Shown here piece by piece: positions 42,433 through 55,801 of a stretch of 64,000 nt of DNA. The notes under the pieces are model-generated. The model did no database searches, was not told the DNA's origin, and worked only from the letters and a program-made list of their open reading frames with translations. The stretch is from Octopus vulgaris (taxonomy: Eukaryota). The position numbers and the translations under genes were made by a program. Where the stretch lies: NCBI GenBank assembly GCA_951406725.2, contig OX597817.1, positions 75,950,001 through 76,014,000 of the forward strand. Direction: 5' to 3'. The stretch's first letter is position 1. Each line of letters starts with the position of its first letter.

Positions 42433-42914
42433 AAATTCAAATAAACAAACAATTAAAAGAGAAAGGAAAAAGAGAAAAGAACAAAAACGAACTTGAGGAC
42501 GTACACAAGAAATATATTAATAAGACGCTCGGTGACGAGAAAGAGTTGTTAAAGTTTTGAGCATCGCCCTTCGTCGGAAACAAGAAAATCCAAAGAGAAA
42601 GAAGGAAAAAGAAGAAAAAAAACAGTCCACGAGCGGTTATTGTTTAATCAAAGCAAGATTATCTGTACGACATAAAGGGAAAATATTTTTCCATGTATTT
42701 ACGTGTATGAAAATGACAATATAAAAAGGTTCTCCAATTACATTTTTACTGAAAATGCATATTCATATCATGACTTTGACATATATCCACAAGCGCAAAG
42801 GAGAGAAAGAAAAAAGGGATCACAGATGAGTCTTCTATGTAGAAAATGGTGTCATCGTATACGTTTTTGTGTGCTTTACGACTGAAAGAGGTTTCGTAGT
42901 ACAAAGACAGATCA

Positions 42915-42976
<62 letters not shown>

Positions 42977-43277
42977 TCATGCACACATATACACGCATGT
43001 TCACACCACATACACATAGACGCACATACACACATACGTATATACATACACGCATACAAACATACATACATGCATATATATATAAACACACACACACACA
43101 TATACACATGTATATATATACATGTATGTATATCTGTGTGTATATATTTGTATATATGTACTCATATATATGTATATATATATAACATATATACATATAC
43201 ATGTATACATATATATATGCATATGTTTATAGATATATATGTAATATATATACATACATATATATATGTATGTATAT

Positions 43278-43655
43278 AGGTGCAGGAGTGGCTGTGTGGT
43301 AAGTAGCTTGCTAACCAACCACATGGTTCCGGGTTCAGTCCCACTGCGTGGCATCTTGGGCAAGTGTCTTCTGCTATAGCCCCGGGCCGACCAATGCCTT
43401 GTGAGTGGATTTGGTAGACGGAAACTGAAAGAAGCCTGTCGTATATATGTATATATATATATATGTATGTCTGTGTGTTTGTGTGCTGGTGTGTTTACAT
43501 CCCCGTCACTTAGCGGTTCGGCAAAAAGAGACCGATAGAATAAGTACTGGGCTTACAAAGAATAAGTTCCGGGGTCGATTTGCTCGACTAAAGGCGGTGC
43601 TCCAGCATGGCAGCAGTCAAATGACTGAAACAAGTAAAAGAAAAAGAAAAAGAAA
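43278..43655 (+). mobile_element. tRNA-derived SINE, same family as 10701
   Basis: Full head, internal TA/TG and the same 3' tail. Confidence 0.88.
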
Positions 43656-43659
43656 AGAA

Positions 43660-43706
<47 letters not shown>

Positions 43707-43709
<3 letters not shown>

Positions 43710-44723
43710 CTGGCCGTGATCTAGTAATCTCAAGATTAATCAGCCGAAATTACTACGATGATCCGGTTCTTGACTGAAGACTGAGGGTTTCGAATGTCCT
43801 GTCCGTGTTTATTGTATCGTCTTCTAAGAGTTATACGTTCTTGTCCATGTTGTATTTTTCTACATACCTTAACATATATTCCAGGCGCCACGTACCCTCT
43901 TAACATTAATGTGAGCACATATTCTTAATAACTGGTACGACTCTTTGTTTGTCTCTCTCTCTCTCTCACTTTTACATGATCTGTCCCCTTCTCTCTCTAC
44001 TCATCCTCTTTTTCTCTTCTCTTTCCTCTGATTCTTTGGTCTAATCTTCCACTACCCTCCTATTTCTTTGTCTCGCTCTGCACTCACAGGTCAATCTTCG
44101 ACACCCATCCCTTCTCCTCTCTGATTCCTTCTTTCTCTCTCTTCTCTCTCTTTGTTGCGTTTGTCCCTCCTCTCTCCTCTCTCTCTCTCTTCCGTTGCTT
44201 CTCTTTCTTTTCTTTTCTCTCTTCTCTGTCACGTGACTGCTGGCCGAAATCTGCCTTTCAGCTTCTGACCAGCGTCGTGTTAACATCGTTGTTTTTCGTC
44301 CGCCGCTATAGGCATCGCCGATAAGGCTCCTTTCCTTGCGCCAGAGAAAAATTTGTTTGCTTGTTATCAGTCGTAAGACACTTGTTGTTGTTTTCACCGT
44401 TAATGCTTCTGTATTTCATGTTTCTGTATTCCATTATTTTTTTGTTTTTTTATATTCGTCCCTTTTGCTGTCCTGGTGTCCGTATGCATTCGATCCTTCT
44501 TCCAGGAAATCTACGCTCCCAGCTTAGTTTTTCTAATGCTCGTTGCTTAGTTTTTCTTGGAGGGCTGGCCGTGATCTAGTAATCTCAAGATTAATCAGCC
44601 GAAATTACTACGATGATCCGGTTCTTGACTGAAGACTGAGGGTTTCGAATGTCCTGTCCGTGTTTATTGTATCGTCTTCTAAGAGTTATACGTTCTTGTC
44701 CATGTTGTATTTTTCTACATACC

Positions 44724-44727
<4 letters not shown>
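43707..44727 (+). mobile_element. Non-coding element with identical 166-bp direct terminal repeats in (TA)n (pLTR-like)
   Basis: 43707-43872 equals 44562-44727 (gggctggccgtgatc...catacctta(a)); CT-rich interior; TA runs on both sides. Strand is inferred. Confidence 0.85.
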
Positions 44728-44797
<70 letters not shown>

Positions 44798-45479
44798 AAT
44801 TTACCACAAATAATTTAGTTGCTGACATTTGTTTAGCCTCATGAATAATATTCAGGTGCATATGGACGAAAGCTTATATGTGTGATATATATGGGTGTAT
44901 ATAAATGTGTGTGTATATGAATGTGTGCGCTCATACCAGAGAAGAGAAATATGCATAAAAATATTAATCCAATATATATATATATATATATATTGACACA
45001 TAATGTCACATAATTATTCATCAACGTAGAAAATGAGAGGGTCTGAGTGAGAGAGGCATGTGGAAAGAGATCAATAGATAAAGGAGAGAGAGAGAGAGGT
45101 AGAGAGAGAGAGAGAGAGACGGAGAGAGGGATAGAAAGAGAGACGAGGGAGAGAGAGAACATTGTAGAATAAACGTATAGAATAGATAAGTAATGTTGTG
45201 ATTTGCTTTTGCTCTTCACCTCCTCATGTGACTGACACTGATATGAGGGCAATTGGTATGACTTACGTTTTATATGCATATTATGCATGTGCATTGGTGC
45301 GTGTGAATATTTATGAGCATGTGTATGTGCGTGTAAAAATAGTGAGAGAGATGGAAAATAAAGAAAAGTTAAGAATATAAAATAAAACAAAAAATTATTG
45401 TGTGTATGATTATTAGTAATAATACTATAACGTGCTAAGGTGGCGAGCTGGCAGAAACGTTAGCTAAGATGGTCTACAG

Positions 45480-47345
45480 TAGAAATGAGATTCTCTGGAA
45501 TCACAGTAAATGCAATGAAGCAGGAAGCAAAAGCAGCAAGAATATAGAATTCCTAAACATCCTGATAGAAAATGGCTATCCTTACTCTTTCACAAAAGAC
45601 CGGTCATCATCAGAAACCTAATACAACCCACACGTCAAAGGTTAACGTGTTTTTTGAAACTGCCACATTTTAATTAAAAACAAAAAAAAACACTTGCTGC
45701 AATGCGCCGTACAGTCCGTAGGGAGAAATTAGATATATGCCTGGCACGCTCAGAAACTTCCTGAGTGGGGTCCTAACTAACTTACTGGTAATGGAAGAAT
45801 TGATGACGCGCATCCTCGATGATAGTGATGCTGTTGACATCGTTTTATTGGACTTTGCCAAAGCTTTTGACTCGGTAAACCACCGCCTATTACTTGTCAA
45901 GCTTCAAGCATATAGTTTCGATCCGGATATTGTACGATGGGTTGTTGCCTCCCTCTCAGATCGCTCCTTCCAAGTCCAAGTTAATGGTTCACGGTCCGAC
46001 GTCTCCAATGCGAGCAATGGCATGCCTCAAGGTTCAGTGCTTGGGCCCTTATTGTTCTTAGTCTTCATAAATGACTTGCCCGACGACCTCACGCAACACA
46101 CCCTTCTATTTGCCGACGATGTCAAACTGGTCGCTCCTCGCGGTGATATAGAGGATCTTCGTCGATGCCTCCACCAAATTTGGAGATGGTCTAACGAATG
46201 GGACCTGTGTCTGAACGTGTCAAAGTGCTGTCATCTGCCTGTTGGCTCTCCTCTTGCAACTCAACTTGATTTCGAGCCGGGTCGTCTGCTACTGGAGAGG
46301 ACCGATCAGGTAAAGGACCTGGGTATCTTGGTGGATTCCTCCTTTTCGCCTTCGGTCCAGTGCGTCCATGCTACCAACAAAGCACACGGAATTCTGTTTT
46401 TGATTCGACGGTCATTCGGAATGCTCGCAGCAGCCATATTCCTACCGCTCTACGTCACGCTGGTGAGACCCATATTGGATTCAAGCCTCTTCTCCTTATC
46501 TCCTCAAAGATATACAGCATCTCGAAAGAGTCCAGAAGCTGGCTATCCGCATGGTTCTTGGTCTCAAGAATGTGTCTTATGAAGAAAGGCTGAAGACGCT
46601 CGACCTCTATTCTCTAGAAAAACGACGACGCCGTGGAGATCTCATTCTTGCTCACAACATCATAAGCAGAAAGTGTAACCTCTCGAAAGAGCTGTCCTTA
46701 ACTCCTGCCCCAGAGCGTCGGCTGCGGGGTCATTCCGAAAAGCTCTATCTGCGACGATTTCATCTCAATCGAAGGAGAGGGGCTTTCTCGGTCCGGGTTG
46801 CGGATCCGTGGAATAAGCTGCCAGACGAGATGGTGAAGATGCCGACGACCGCTCAGTTCAAAGTCTCCCTTGACCTCAAGCGGCCTGAACTCTTTACATG
46901 AACACCACCCTGTACATAACTCCATGTCCCCCTACATGGCCTTGCTTTTTGCTTTTTGAGCCAAAAAATTAACTAACAACAGGCCATGACAAAACACCAC
47001 ATGTTCATTGCCCAATAGCCCTGTCAGTGACGAAAATATATGTCTGCAGTCCTACGTTATGTGGCAATTGTAATGAATCTTACATGGGAAGTACCATCCG
47101 ACAAGTAGCATACGTATTAAAGAATACCTCTATGCTAATGATTCTTCCATCAAAACACACCTAGCGAAATTCCATAACAAAGATCACATAGTGTCCATTG
47201 AAGAAACAGAAAAAAGACATTGGGAAAAAAACATTGGGAAAAAGTACAACCAACTTAACACAGTATTCAAAGTTCACAAAGCTAATTGTTACTATGGCAA
47301 CACGAAAAGCAACCCCTCATACTCACACGCTATAGAAGAGAAAAG
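45480..47345 (+). mobile_element. Old Penelope-like element fragment split by the CR1 insertion
   Basis: FLNILIENGYP (PLE thumb motif L..NGYP) at ~45550 lies left of the CR1; CGNCNESYMGSTIR..RIKEY (GIY-YIG Y.G.T.R) at ~47060-47130 lies right of it. Confidence 0.6.
45765..46978 (+). mobile_element. CR1-like LINE, 5'-truncated (RT + C-terminus + tail)
   Basis: ORF 45737-46582: LTNLL..DIVLLDFAKAFDSVNH..GMPQGSVLGPLLFLVFINDL..LFADDVKL..KDLGI. ORF 46551-46901: SYEERLKTLDLYSLEKRRRRGDLI..LRGH..FSVRVADPWNKLP. Ends aattaactaac. Confidence 0.92.
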
Positions 47346-47484
47346 TTACCTAACAATGTCTTTTATTCGAAGGTATCCTGTAAAGGGGTTATAACCCTAA
47401 AATATTGAAATACCAAGTAAAAGAACTAAGTACTGACGTGTACTATTAATTCTTTCTAGCTAGCACTGGTTTGGTTCAAAAATA

Positions 47485-47525
<41 letters not shown>

Positions 47526-47590
47526 ACTCATATATTTATATTTCTATCTTTTTGTATTTAAGTATATATGTAAGTATGTACGCATTATAT

Positions 47591-48257
47591 TTTTCCAACG
47601 ACAAACTGTCGCTGATCTCGAAAAAGGAGAAATAAGTTATATTAAATCTCCGAGCGAGAGGTAAACAGTAACATTACGGAATCGTAAAATATATTTGCCA
47701 ACTAAATGTGGCTGTCCCACAAAAGACGATGTTACTGTTACTTTTAGCCTCAGGAAGACGTCTCCTCCAGCTGGCTAACGACCCACTGTCTCTGTCCGAT
47801 TAGTATTTATGAGGGGAGGTAACTAAAGACAGGGAACTACCAAGAAACCCGTGTCTGTGTGTATCACGTAAGGTCCTCTGAGTTGGCAAATATTTTTTAT
47901 GATTCCGTACTGTTACTGTTTACCTCTCGCTCAGAGATTTAATATAACTTATTTCTCCTTTTACCAGATCAGCGACAGTTTCTCGTTGGAAAAAGCATAT
48001 AATATTTTTGCGTTAGGAATGAGTTTTCATCGCTAGCTGGTGATTATCGCACTGAAGACGCGTAACTACCCACAAACACATCTATGTATTCCGTAAGGCT
48101 AGAGATGGGAGTGATGATCCCCACTTGCAAATAGTAATCGGACACAGACAGTGTGTTGTTAGTCAGTTGGAGGGGAGGTTTTCCTGGGGCTAAAAACAAT
48201 AGTAACGTCGTCCTCTATGGGACTGCCACGTTTAGTTGGCAAATATATTTTACGATA
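47591..48257. repeat. Complex inverted-repeat module (47591-47704 vs 47881-47994; 47681-47808 vs 48128-48257)
   Basis: Reverse-complement matches read directly, e.g. ttttccaacgacaaactgtcgctgatc / gatcagcgacagtttctcgttggaaaa. Confidence 0.8.
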
Positions 48258-48752
48258 TATATACGTACATATGCACATAAGCACACACATATGCATACTT
48301 ACCTACACAAACATACACACTATTGTGCTGTGCTCACGATCATACAGGTGAGTGAATTGATGTGAGCCACGTTTATTCAATCTTGCTTCAGTCTATTCAA
48401 ACGAAGTGAGTAACGGCCGAGTGCTGGCGCAATCTTCTCTTATTTCAGCTCACATGCCATAGATATTAAAGGGTGGAGCAACTGAGAATATCTGCTTGCG
48501 TTTTTAAGCGAATGAAATAATTAGCGACACATAGTCCATGCTAAGTGAGAGCGCGTCGCTTAGTGATTAGGAAGTTGCGCACTAACCACTGAGAAATCGG
48601 GGTTTCGATACCCAGAGCGGGCGGTACGCACCGTTGCGTTCTTGAGCAAAACACTTTATGTTGCGTGCCTCTGCGGTCACAGGCTAAACATCTGTGCAGG
48701 TTGTGCAACAAGTTGCGTACCTTTGTTTTTCTTCAAGAAAAGATGTGTTCAC

Positions 48753-48826
<74 letters not shown>

Positions 48827-48829
48827 ACG

Positions 48830-49500
48830 GATAACCCCCACCCTAGTAAATTAATTCAATATAGCCCCTAACTCTATACATATAAACCCAATGCACCTAC
48901 AAAACTAACCCTCAGAACTACAACTATAGTGCCAATGTAAACACCCGACCCTTAAATGTACCACAACGCCCAAATATACCTCCTGTCATAACAGAGAACA
49001 ACCGACCAATATCACCCTCAACTCCTTAGCAAATGATAACCTTAGCACCAACTATAATAACGACCCGAACACGGATTTTTCACTAAATAACAATCCCCTC
49101 TCAAGCTCATCCGGAATAACCCCTACAAACCTATGCAGCTTCAGATGTCCAAACTCCTGTCTTTTAGATAACCGGTGTCTCACTAAAAACATAGTTTATC
49201 AGTGCACAGCATCAGCTAACAACTGTAACTGCATTTACATCGGCTCAAGTAGCACAACCTTCAAAGCCAGGTTTAGCAATCACTATTCTAGCTTCAAATT
49301 TCAAACAAAATTAAGCAGTACATCGTTATCTCAACGCTTGACTCAACTCCATATAGTCCATTATCTCCCACACCAAACCTTACAGCGGATATAACAAGTG
49401 TGATCTATGCATAGCCGAGGTCACGGCTATTTTGCAATCCACGGAATGTCTTAATGAAGGCAGCAGTATAATATTCACCTTCAAGCATCGGGCACTAAAT
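48830..49500 (+). mobile_element. Decayed Penelope-like GIY-YIG endonuclease region
   Basis: CSFRCPNSCLLDNRCLTKNIVYQC..IYIGSSSTTFKARFSNHYSSF..STSLS..KCDLCIAE; begins directly after (TA)n. Confidence 0.8.
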
Positions 49501-49856
49501 CTAGTTCTCAATATAGATAAGGTGGTGTAATATGATTTTATTAAAGCTGCAACATCTTTCCGACGAACTGGTACTCTTAGTAACAGTTTTGTGAAAATTT
49601 TGCAGCTTTAATAAAAGTATACACACACAAACTATCAGCACACACACACATACATAGACACTATTAAACGCAAACATAAAGTGAGAAAGAAAATAAATCT
49701 CATCTATTGAATTACATACAAAGAATGGAATGAGAATTACACCGAAGAAACTGGATAACAATTACTCAACAGCCTGAGAATGTACAAACAACAAATTAAA
49801 GATTCCTGTCCTAGTAAATTTAGACATTAGTGCAAATGGAAAACTGAAAATAAATA

Positions 49857-50155
49857 AATAGCCTTGGGCCGACCAAAGTCTTGTGATTAGATTTGGTAGA
49901 CGGAAATTGAAAGAAACCCGTCGTATATATATATATATACAAGTGTGTGTGTGCCTGTGTTTTTCCCCACCATCGCTTGACAACCGATGCTGGTGTGTTT
50001 ACGTCCCTGTAACTTAGCGGTTTGGTCCAAGAGACCGATAGAATAAGTACTATGCTTACAAAGGATAAGTCCGGGGGTCTATTTGTTCGACTAAAGGCGG
50101 TGCTCTAGCGTGGCCGCAGTCAAATTATTGAAACAAATAAAAGAATGAAAGAATA
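49857..50155 (+). mobile_element. SINE, same family, 5'-truncated
   Basis: atagccttgggccgacc..aaggcggtgctctagcgtggccgcagtcaaat..gaaacaaataaaagaat. Confidence 0.8.
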
Positions 50156-50491
50156 AATGGGAAATTCAAAATATTTCTTTTCTTTTCAAAATAAAAGAAT
50201 AAAATGGTGAGTTACGATAAGCAAGAGAATACATTATAAGAATTCAAAATCTGAAACTGAATCGGAAATAATAAACAGCATTACTAAAACAACTTCATCT
50301 ATACTGATTAGCCAAGAACACATGTGTGTGAAAAGTTGAATAATGAATACAGTTACACATAATGCACAAAATACGAACAATTCCTTCCAGAAGGTAGGTA
50401 GCATTCAGTTTTACAAAAAATGATGTTTTTCAATAGCCAATAACTTTTAAGAAAATCTTTCTTTAAATATTGAGTTTGTACCAAGTATTTT

Positions 50492-50830
50492 GGAGGCGCG
50501 TGGCTCAGTGGTTAGAGCGTCGAGCTTACGATCGTGAGGTTGTGAGCTCGAATCCCGGACCGGGCTGCGTGTTGTGTTCTTGAGCAAGACACTTTATTTC
50601 ACGTTGCACCAGTTCACTCAGCTGTAGAAATGAGTTGCGACGTCACAGGTGCCAAGCTGTATCGGCCTTTGCCTTTCCCTTGGACAACATCGGTGACGTG
50701 GAGAGGGGGGCCGGTATGCATGGGCGACTGCTGGTCTTCCATAAAACAACCTTGCCCAGACTTGTGCCTCAGAGGGTAACTCTCTAGGTGCAAATCCATG
50801 GTCAGTGTCTGACCGAAGGGGGTCACACAC
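50492..50830 (+). mobile_element. tRNA-derived SINE (second family), young, with 12-bp TSD
   Basis: ggcgcgtggctcagtggttagagcg (A box)..gctcgaatccc (B box); TSD accaagtatttt at 50480-50491 and 50831-50842. Confidence 0.92.
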
Positions 50831-51584
50831 ACCAAGTATTTTAACAAAAACTTTTAAATATATATTTGTGTACTCGTGTCTGAAAAGAAACATATGTAGA
50901 AGTATGAAAGCAAAAACAATTGCAAAATGTGCGCAATGAAAGTATATTCGCTAATGAACTAAAAGCCTATAAAAGGTCAATTACTGACACAACATATATA
51001 CGTACATACGTATATATATATGTGTGTGTGTGTGTGTATGTGTGTGTGTTTGTGTGTATACCTATATATATGTATATATGTGTGTATATATGTGTGTATA
51101 TATGTGTGTGTGTGTCTATGTGCGCGCGCACACAATATAAAATCTCTGCATACCTTTTAAACAATGATAAGAAATAAATCATCCATGACATTTAACACAT
51201 AACGTCAAGATAGCAATTGTCTAAAAACTAAATGTCCGATTAACTAAGGTTAATGCAGTGGATTATTTATAATTTTTCGTTTGTCGTTTTTTTAAATTTC
51301 ATAATGGCTTTCGCGAACAATAGCATCTTTGGTTATAGACTTTGATTGGGACATTCACAGGTTCATTGCATTTCCAATTGAGAGAATAACAAGTATCTAT
51401 GCTACTGATCTCGGGTTGAATAAATATCAGAAGCTATTTTTGTTCGATAGATGGTTTATCAGCAATATTCACGTCAATGTTTATATACATGTTTATATAC
51501 ATGTTTATATGGTTTGCCAGTATGCACACACACTCACACACACACATGTATGTATTATGTATTTGTGTGTATATATGTAAACAG

Positions 51585-51770
51585 TCGCCATGATAGATCG
51601 TTAGCCACGACACACATTTTTTTCTCTCCTTGTTTCTCTCCTTGTTTTTTCTGTGTCCCTTTCTGTAAAACGTAAAAGACTTTTTCTAATCCTGAGCGTT
51701 ATACTAATACATCAGTTTGTTTTGTACACCACCTGTTTTCGTCTTTTGTTTTTTTCGTAAACTCTCCCTA
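51585..51770 (+). mobile_element. Short TA-tailed PLE-like repeat (copy 1)
   Basis: Reverse complement of 60193-60388; ends ..gtaaactctccc-(TA). Confidence 0.75.
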
Positions 51771-51789
51771 TATATATGTAAACATATGC

Positions 51790-52235
51790 ATACATATCTG
51801 TGAAGTGTAAAAGCAACAAGCCAGATACTGTTGTTAGGGTTAGAGAAGTACCCTCAAGGAAGTCATCTGCCTTAGTGATGTGAAAATCTCTTTGGAAATC
51901 AAGGAGAAAGAGGATAACTATAGACAAGTACTTCGTAACCTCCAGCTTCTATATTCAGATTATAAATCCATATTTATACCAATAATAACTGGTGCACTTT
52001 GTTTCGTGAGTAAATACTGAAGTGACAATCTAGATAAGTTAGGGATTTTAGAAAAAGAATTCACCCAACTAACCCATACATTACAAATACAGTCTGTAAG
52101 TGGACGAGTAAAATCATGCAAGACTTTTTTCAATTTTAAAATGTGACATTGTTTTTGTTATTTATATTCCAATGGAATTTTGTGTCTTTGTTAGAAACCA
52201 GCACTTTCCTTAGAAGAAAAATTTACATAATTAAA
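51790..52235 (+). mobile_element. 3' fragment of another REL-endonuclease (R2-superfamily) LINE
   Basis: Translates KCKSNKPDTVV...EIKEKEDNYRQVLRNLQLLYSDYKSIFIPIITGAL..LQIQSVSG: PD..K..Y and P.I.GALG motifs of the REL C-terminus. Confidence 0.65.
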
Positions 52236-52476
52236 AACAGAATAGAACACACACATGCATGTGCACGCACACACACACACACACATCCACGCACGCATAC
52301 ACACACACACCGCATTGTAAGTTCACCTCATTGTTTTATTCACAATGTAATTGTCCAAACCAACTTACTCGAGTAGCTGTGTTGTGCGACTTGATTCTCA
52401 AGAATTAGGCGAAGTGTTTTATTTGGAGCCTGAGGTCGTGACACAAATTGTGGTGAATGTAGCGGAGGGGGAGAAT

Positions 52477-52692
52477 ATTCTTTTCTACTCTAGGCACCAG
52501 GCCCGAAATTTTGTGGGAGGGAGCCAGTAGATTAGGTCTACCCCTAGTACGCAACCGGCACTTAATTTATCGACCCCGAAAAGATGAAAGGTAATGTCGA
52601 CCTCGGCGGAATTTGAACTCAACGTAAAGACAGACGAAATACCGCGAAGTATTTCGCCCGGCATGCTAACGTTTCTGCCGGCTCGCCGCCTT
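52477..52692 (-). mobile_element. SINE, same family as 13468 (other copies 1080-1400, 12085-12212, 23625-23757, 27656-27752, 36058-36272, 53765-53930)
   Basis: tttctactctaggcac..atcgaccccgaaaagatgaaagg..gtcgacctcggcggaatttgaactc..gctcgccgcctt; flanked by gggggagaatatt / ggggagaatatt (TSD-like). Confidence 0.85.
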
Positions 52693-53199
52693 AGTGGGGA
52701 GAATATTGGATAATCTATACTAGCGGTGGTATTTATCTGGCTAGTTTAGAAGAGAAGAGGCTATCATAGTAGTGATAGAGAGGGAGTATTGAAACAGTGA
52801 ATCTGTGGGTGGGAATTTATAGTGGGATTGTGTAAGGGAGAATCTGATATTATAATGGGTAGCTTTCGTTTTGCTACGGTGAAAGATATTCATGAGATTT
52901 GAACTCAGAACGTAAAACATGTAACCAAATACAGGAAAGTTGTTTGACAAGACATCAACCAAATCATGACTATCGACCAGCCCTTCATAAATATAATCTT
53001 CAGCATACATGGGGAACCCTAGAAAAGCTTTCCAAAGCGGAAGAAGACTGATTTCGGATCCCTGTGGTATTTCTTCTTAAAATTCAAGATGTCACCAAAT
53101 TTTAGATTTATTAAGGCGAGATTTGTCAGATATTTCCTAGCTTTACATGCTTCTCTTTTGCTTTACTGGCACATCCTTAGTTATACGGCCCTTTTCATC

Positions 53200-53560
53200 G
53201 GCTGTACGGGCCCCTGGATCGATGTGCCGACTGATGTACCCACCCTTTTTTAGGCCCTACGTACACAATGTCGATGAATTGGCAGGGGGCACATGTAATG
53301 CTGCTCCCCAAAAGATGGCCTTCTTGCAACAGTACACAAGGCAAAGAAATGTAAAAGAATATCTGTAAGCAAATTGACGTGGCGGGTTGAGAGTATTTGG
53401 CAGTCAGATGTATGATGTATTTTCGTTGTTATTTGCTGATATCCAATAGCACTAAACACTACTCAAATGATGGTGTTGTCGGAAGAGAGATATAAGCTAC
53501 ACGTTGACAAACATTTTTGTTTTGTATGGCATCATAGATTATTCTTCTCCGTTGGAATAA
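53200..53560 (-). pseudogene. Possible hAT C-terminal dimerisation-domain fossil
   Basis: Minus strand ISLPTTPSFE*/VFSAI resembles LP.T.AS.ER.FS.L; GC-rich ggggccc subterminal motif downstream. Confidence 0.3.
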
Positions 53561-54289
53561 ATATTTATCTTTTGCAAGATGTTAACAAATATCTTCATGC
53601 TAACATTTGAAATTTAGATGCAGAAATGGTTGTTAGCACACAAAATAGGTACCACTTACGAAGACAGATTACGCTTAATGGAACAGTAAAAATCTTCCCA
53701 GCATGATAAAATGTAATGTCAGTGTTGTTGGGGTTTTAATCGTACTTTAGCACAATAATCCCGTCTAATTTTGACACAAGGCAAGCCAATTCTGAGGGTA
53801 AGGGAAACCGACCCCAGTGCTCAACTGGTACTTAATTTATAGACACAGGATGAAAGGTAAAATCGACCTTGGCATCTCAAATTGCAGAGCCGCTAAGTAT
53901 TCCAGTGCGGTTACGATTCCATCAGATCTCTGTATTCAGCACATTAATTAGTAACACTAACTATACATTTTCCATTTGTCTACGATTAACTTGCACTGAA
54001 CTTATAGCAGGTACATAAGCATTGACAAACCAGTATCTATGCATCATTCAGGTGATTTATATGTATTTTACAAATATTCTAGTTATGTATATACTATTTT
54101 GTATCCATCAATGTGTTAAAAAGGGTATTACTGTAAAATGAATTGGATATGACGCTAGAATTGGATATACACGCTAGAATCTAAAGAAATGGAGTCTCAA
54201 TAAATTAACAGCTAAAAAAAAAAAGAAATGCGACCAATGATATCGAGGAAAGAATTTTGGTATGCATCAGAAAAATGCTGTATATTTGT

Positions 54290-54516
54290 ATCGTTTTGCT
54301 TGTTTCAGTCTACTGGTATGGTGGGGTACTATCTTGAAGGGTTCAGTCGAAAACTCGCCTCCGGTATTAATTGTTTAAGCCTGGTATATATTCTATCGAT
54401 ATCCTTTTGCCGAATTGTAAAATTACGGGAACGTAAAAGAAACAAATACCAGTTGTCAAGCGATGGTGAAATAAACGCACACACACACACACACGCACGG
54501 ACAAACAACATACACG

Positions 54517-54559
<43 letters not shown>

Positions 54560-54690
54560 CAGGCTCCTTTCAGTTTCTGCTTACCACAAGCCGTTGGTTG
54601 TTCTGGGGCTATAGGAGAAGACATGCTGAAAGTGCTACATCGTGGGATTAAAAACGAAACCATGCGATGTGAGCGCAAGCTTCTTACGTC
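54290..54690 (-). mobile_element. SINE, same family, diverged
   Basis: tgtttcagtc..tctatcg..ttttgccgaa..gttgtcaagcgatgg..(CA)n..tttcagtttc. Confidence 0.7.
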
Positions 54691-55182
54691 ATGTCTGGGC
54701 CTCAAAACACAGACAAAAAAAAAAAAAAAAAAGCTACGAGAGAAATTTCTGGAAAGCAAAACGCTAATGAGCCACATGAAGATATTTTTTTTATATCATC
54801 TACAGAAAATAATCGCCCAAACTATTCGGAAGACGCTATAACGTGAGGATTACCACTAACGGAAGTAAAAAAAAAACAGAGAGTAAAAAAAAGACTAGAA
54901 GTTTGATGATCAAAAGTTAATTAAAACAGACTCGTCTGCTACTTCTCAAGTATGTGATACATCAAAAAGTATATTAAATAAGTAGAAAAGACTTCGTCAC
55001 TAGGTTGTCAGAAGTCATTTAATTGTTCTGACTGGTATATATTGTTTTTGTTTGTTTTTGTTTAATTCTTGGCGTACCAACTCGCCTGATGCTACTCTTT
55101 CTTTGATGCAAATTATCTGACATAAAGTGATCTAACTCAAAACTTCGCATCAAAAAATTTATACTAATATATGTTCAAAATA

Positions 55183-55801
55183 TTGATTTCAAATTTGGTA
55201 CAAGGCCAGTAATTTCGGTGGAAAGAGTTAGTCGATTACAACAACTTCAGTGTTCAACTGGTATTTATCTTATCGACCACGAAAAGATGAAAGGCAAAAT
55301 GGACCGCGGCTGAATTTGAATGGAGTACGTAAAAACGGACGAAACGCTGCTAAGCATTTTGGCTGTCGTGTTAACGATTCTACCAGCTCGCCGTCTTATA
55401 ATGTTGAAAATATTTTCTACTCTAGGCACAAGGCCCAACATTTTGGGGGAGGGGGCCAGTCGATTAGATCGACCCCAGTACCCAACTGGTACTCAATTTA
55501 TCGACCTCGCAAGGCAAAGTCGACCTCTGCGGAATTTGTACTCAGAATATAAAGACAGTCCAAATACCTATTTCTTTACTACCCACAAGGAGCTAAACAC
55601 AGAGAGGACAAACAAGGACAGGCAAGCGGATTAAGTCGATTATATCGACCAAAGTGCGTAACTGGTACTTATTTAATCGACACCGAAAGGATGAAAGGCA
55701 AAGTCGACCTCGGCGGAATTTGAACTCAGAACGTAGCGGCAGACGAAATACTGCTAAGCATTTCTCCCGGCGTGCTAACGATTCTGCCATCTCGCCGCCT
55801 T
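55183..55801 (-). mobile_element. Chain of three SINE units, same family as 13468
   Basis: Three successive tcgacc..aaggcaaagtcgacctc..gaatttg.actcagaa units ending ..ctcgccgcctt. Confidence 0.85.

Noticed and set aside
44550-44650. Hammerhead in the 166-bp direct repeat (ggctg..cagccGAAA; nearby ctgaaga)
   Set aside because: No CUGANGA correctly placed before helix II and no convincing helix I/III.
50492-50570. tRNA gene-like sequence (also 4333, 10701, 20476, 43278)
   Set aside because: A/B boxes continue into SINE bodies with tails/TSDs; no complete cloverleaf.
51833-51843. ttagggttag telomere-like motif
   Set aside because: Under two units and inside a LINE fragment; chance.
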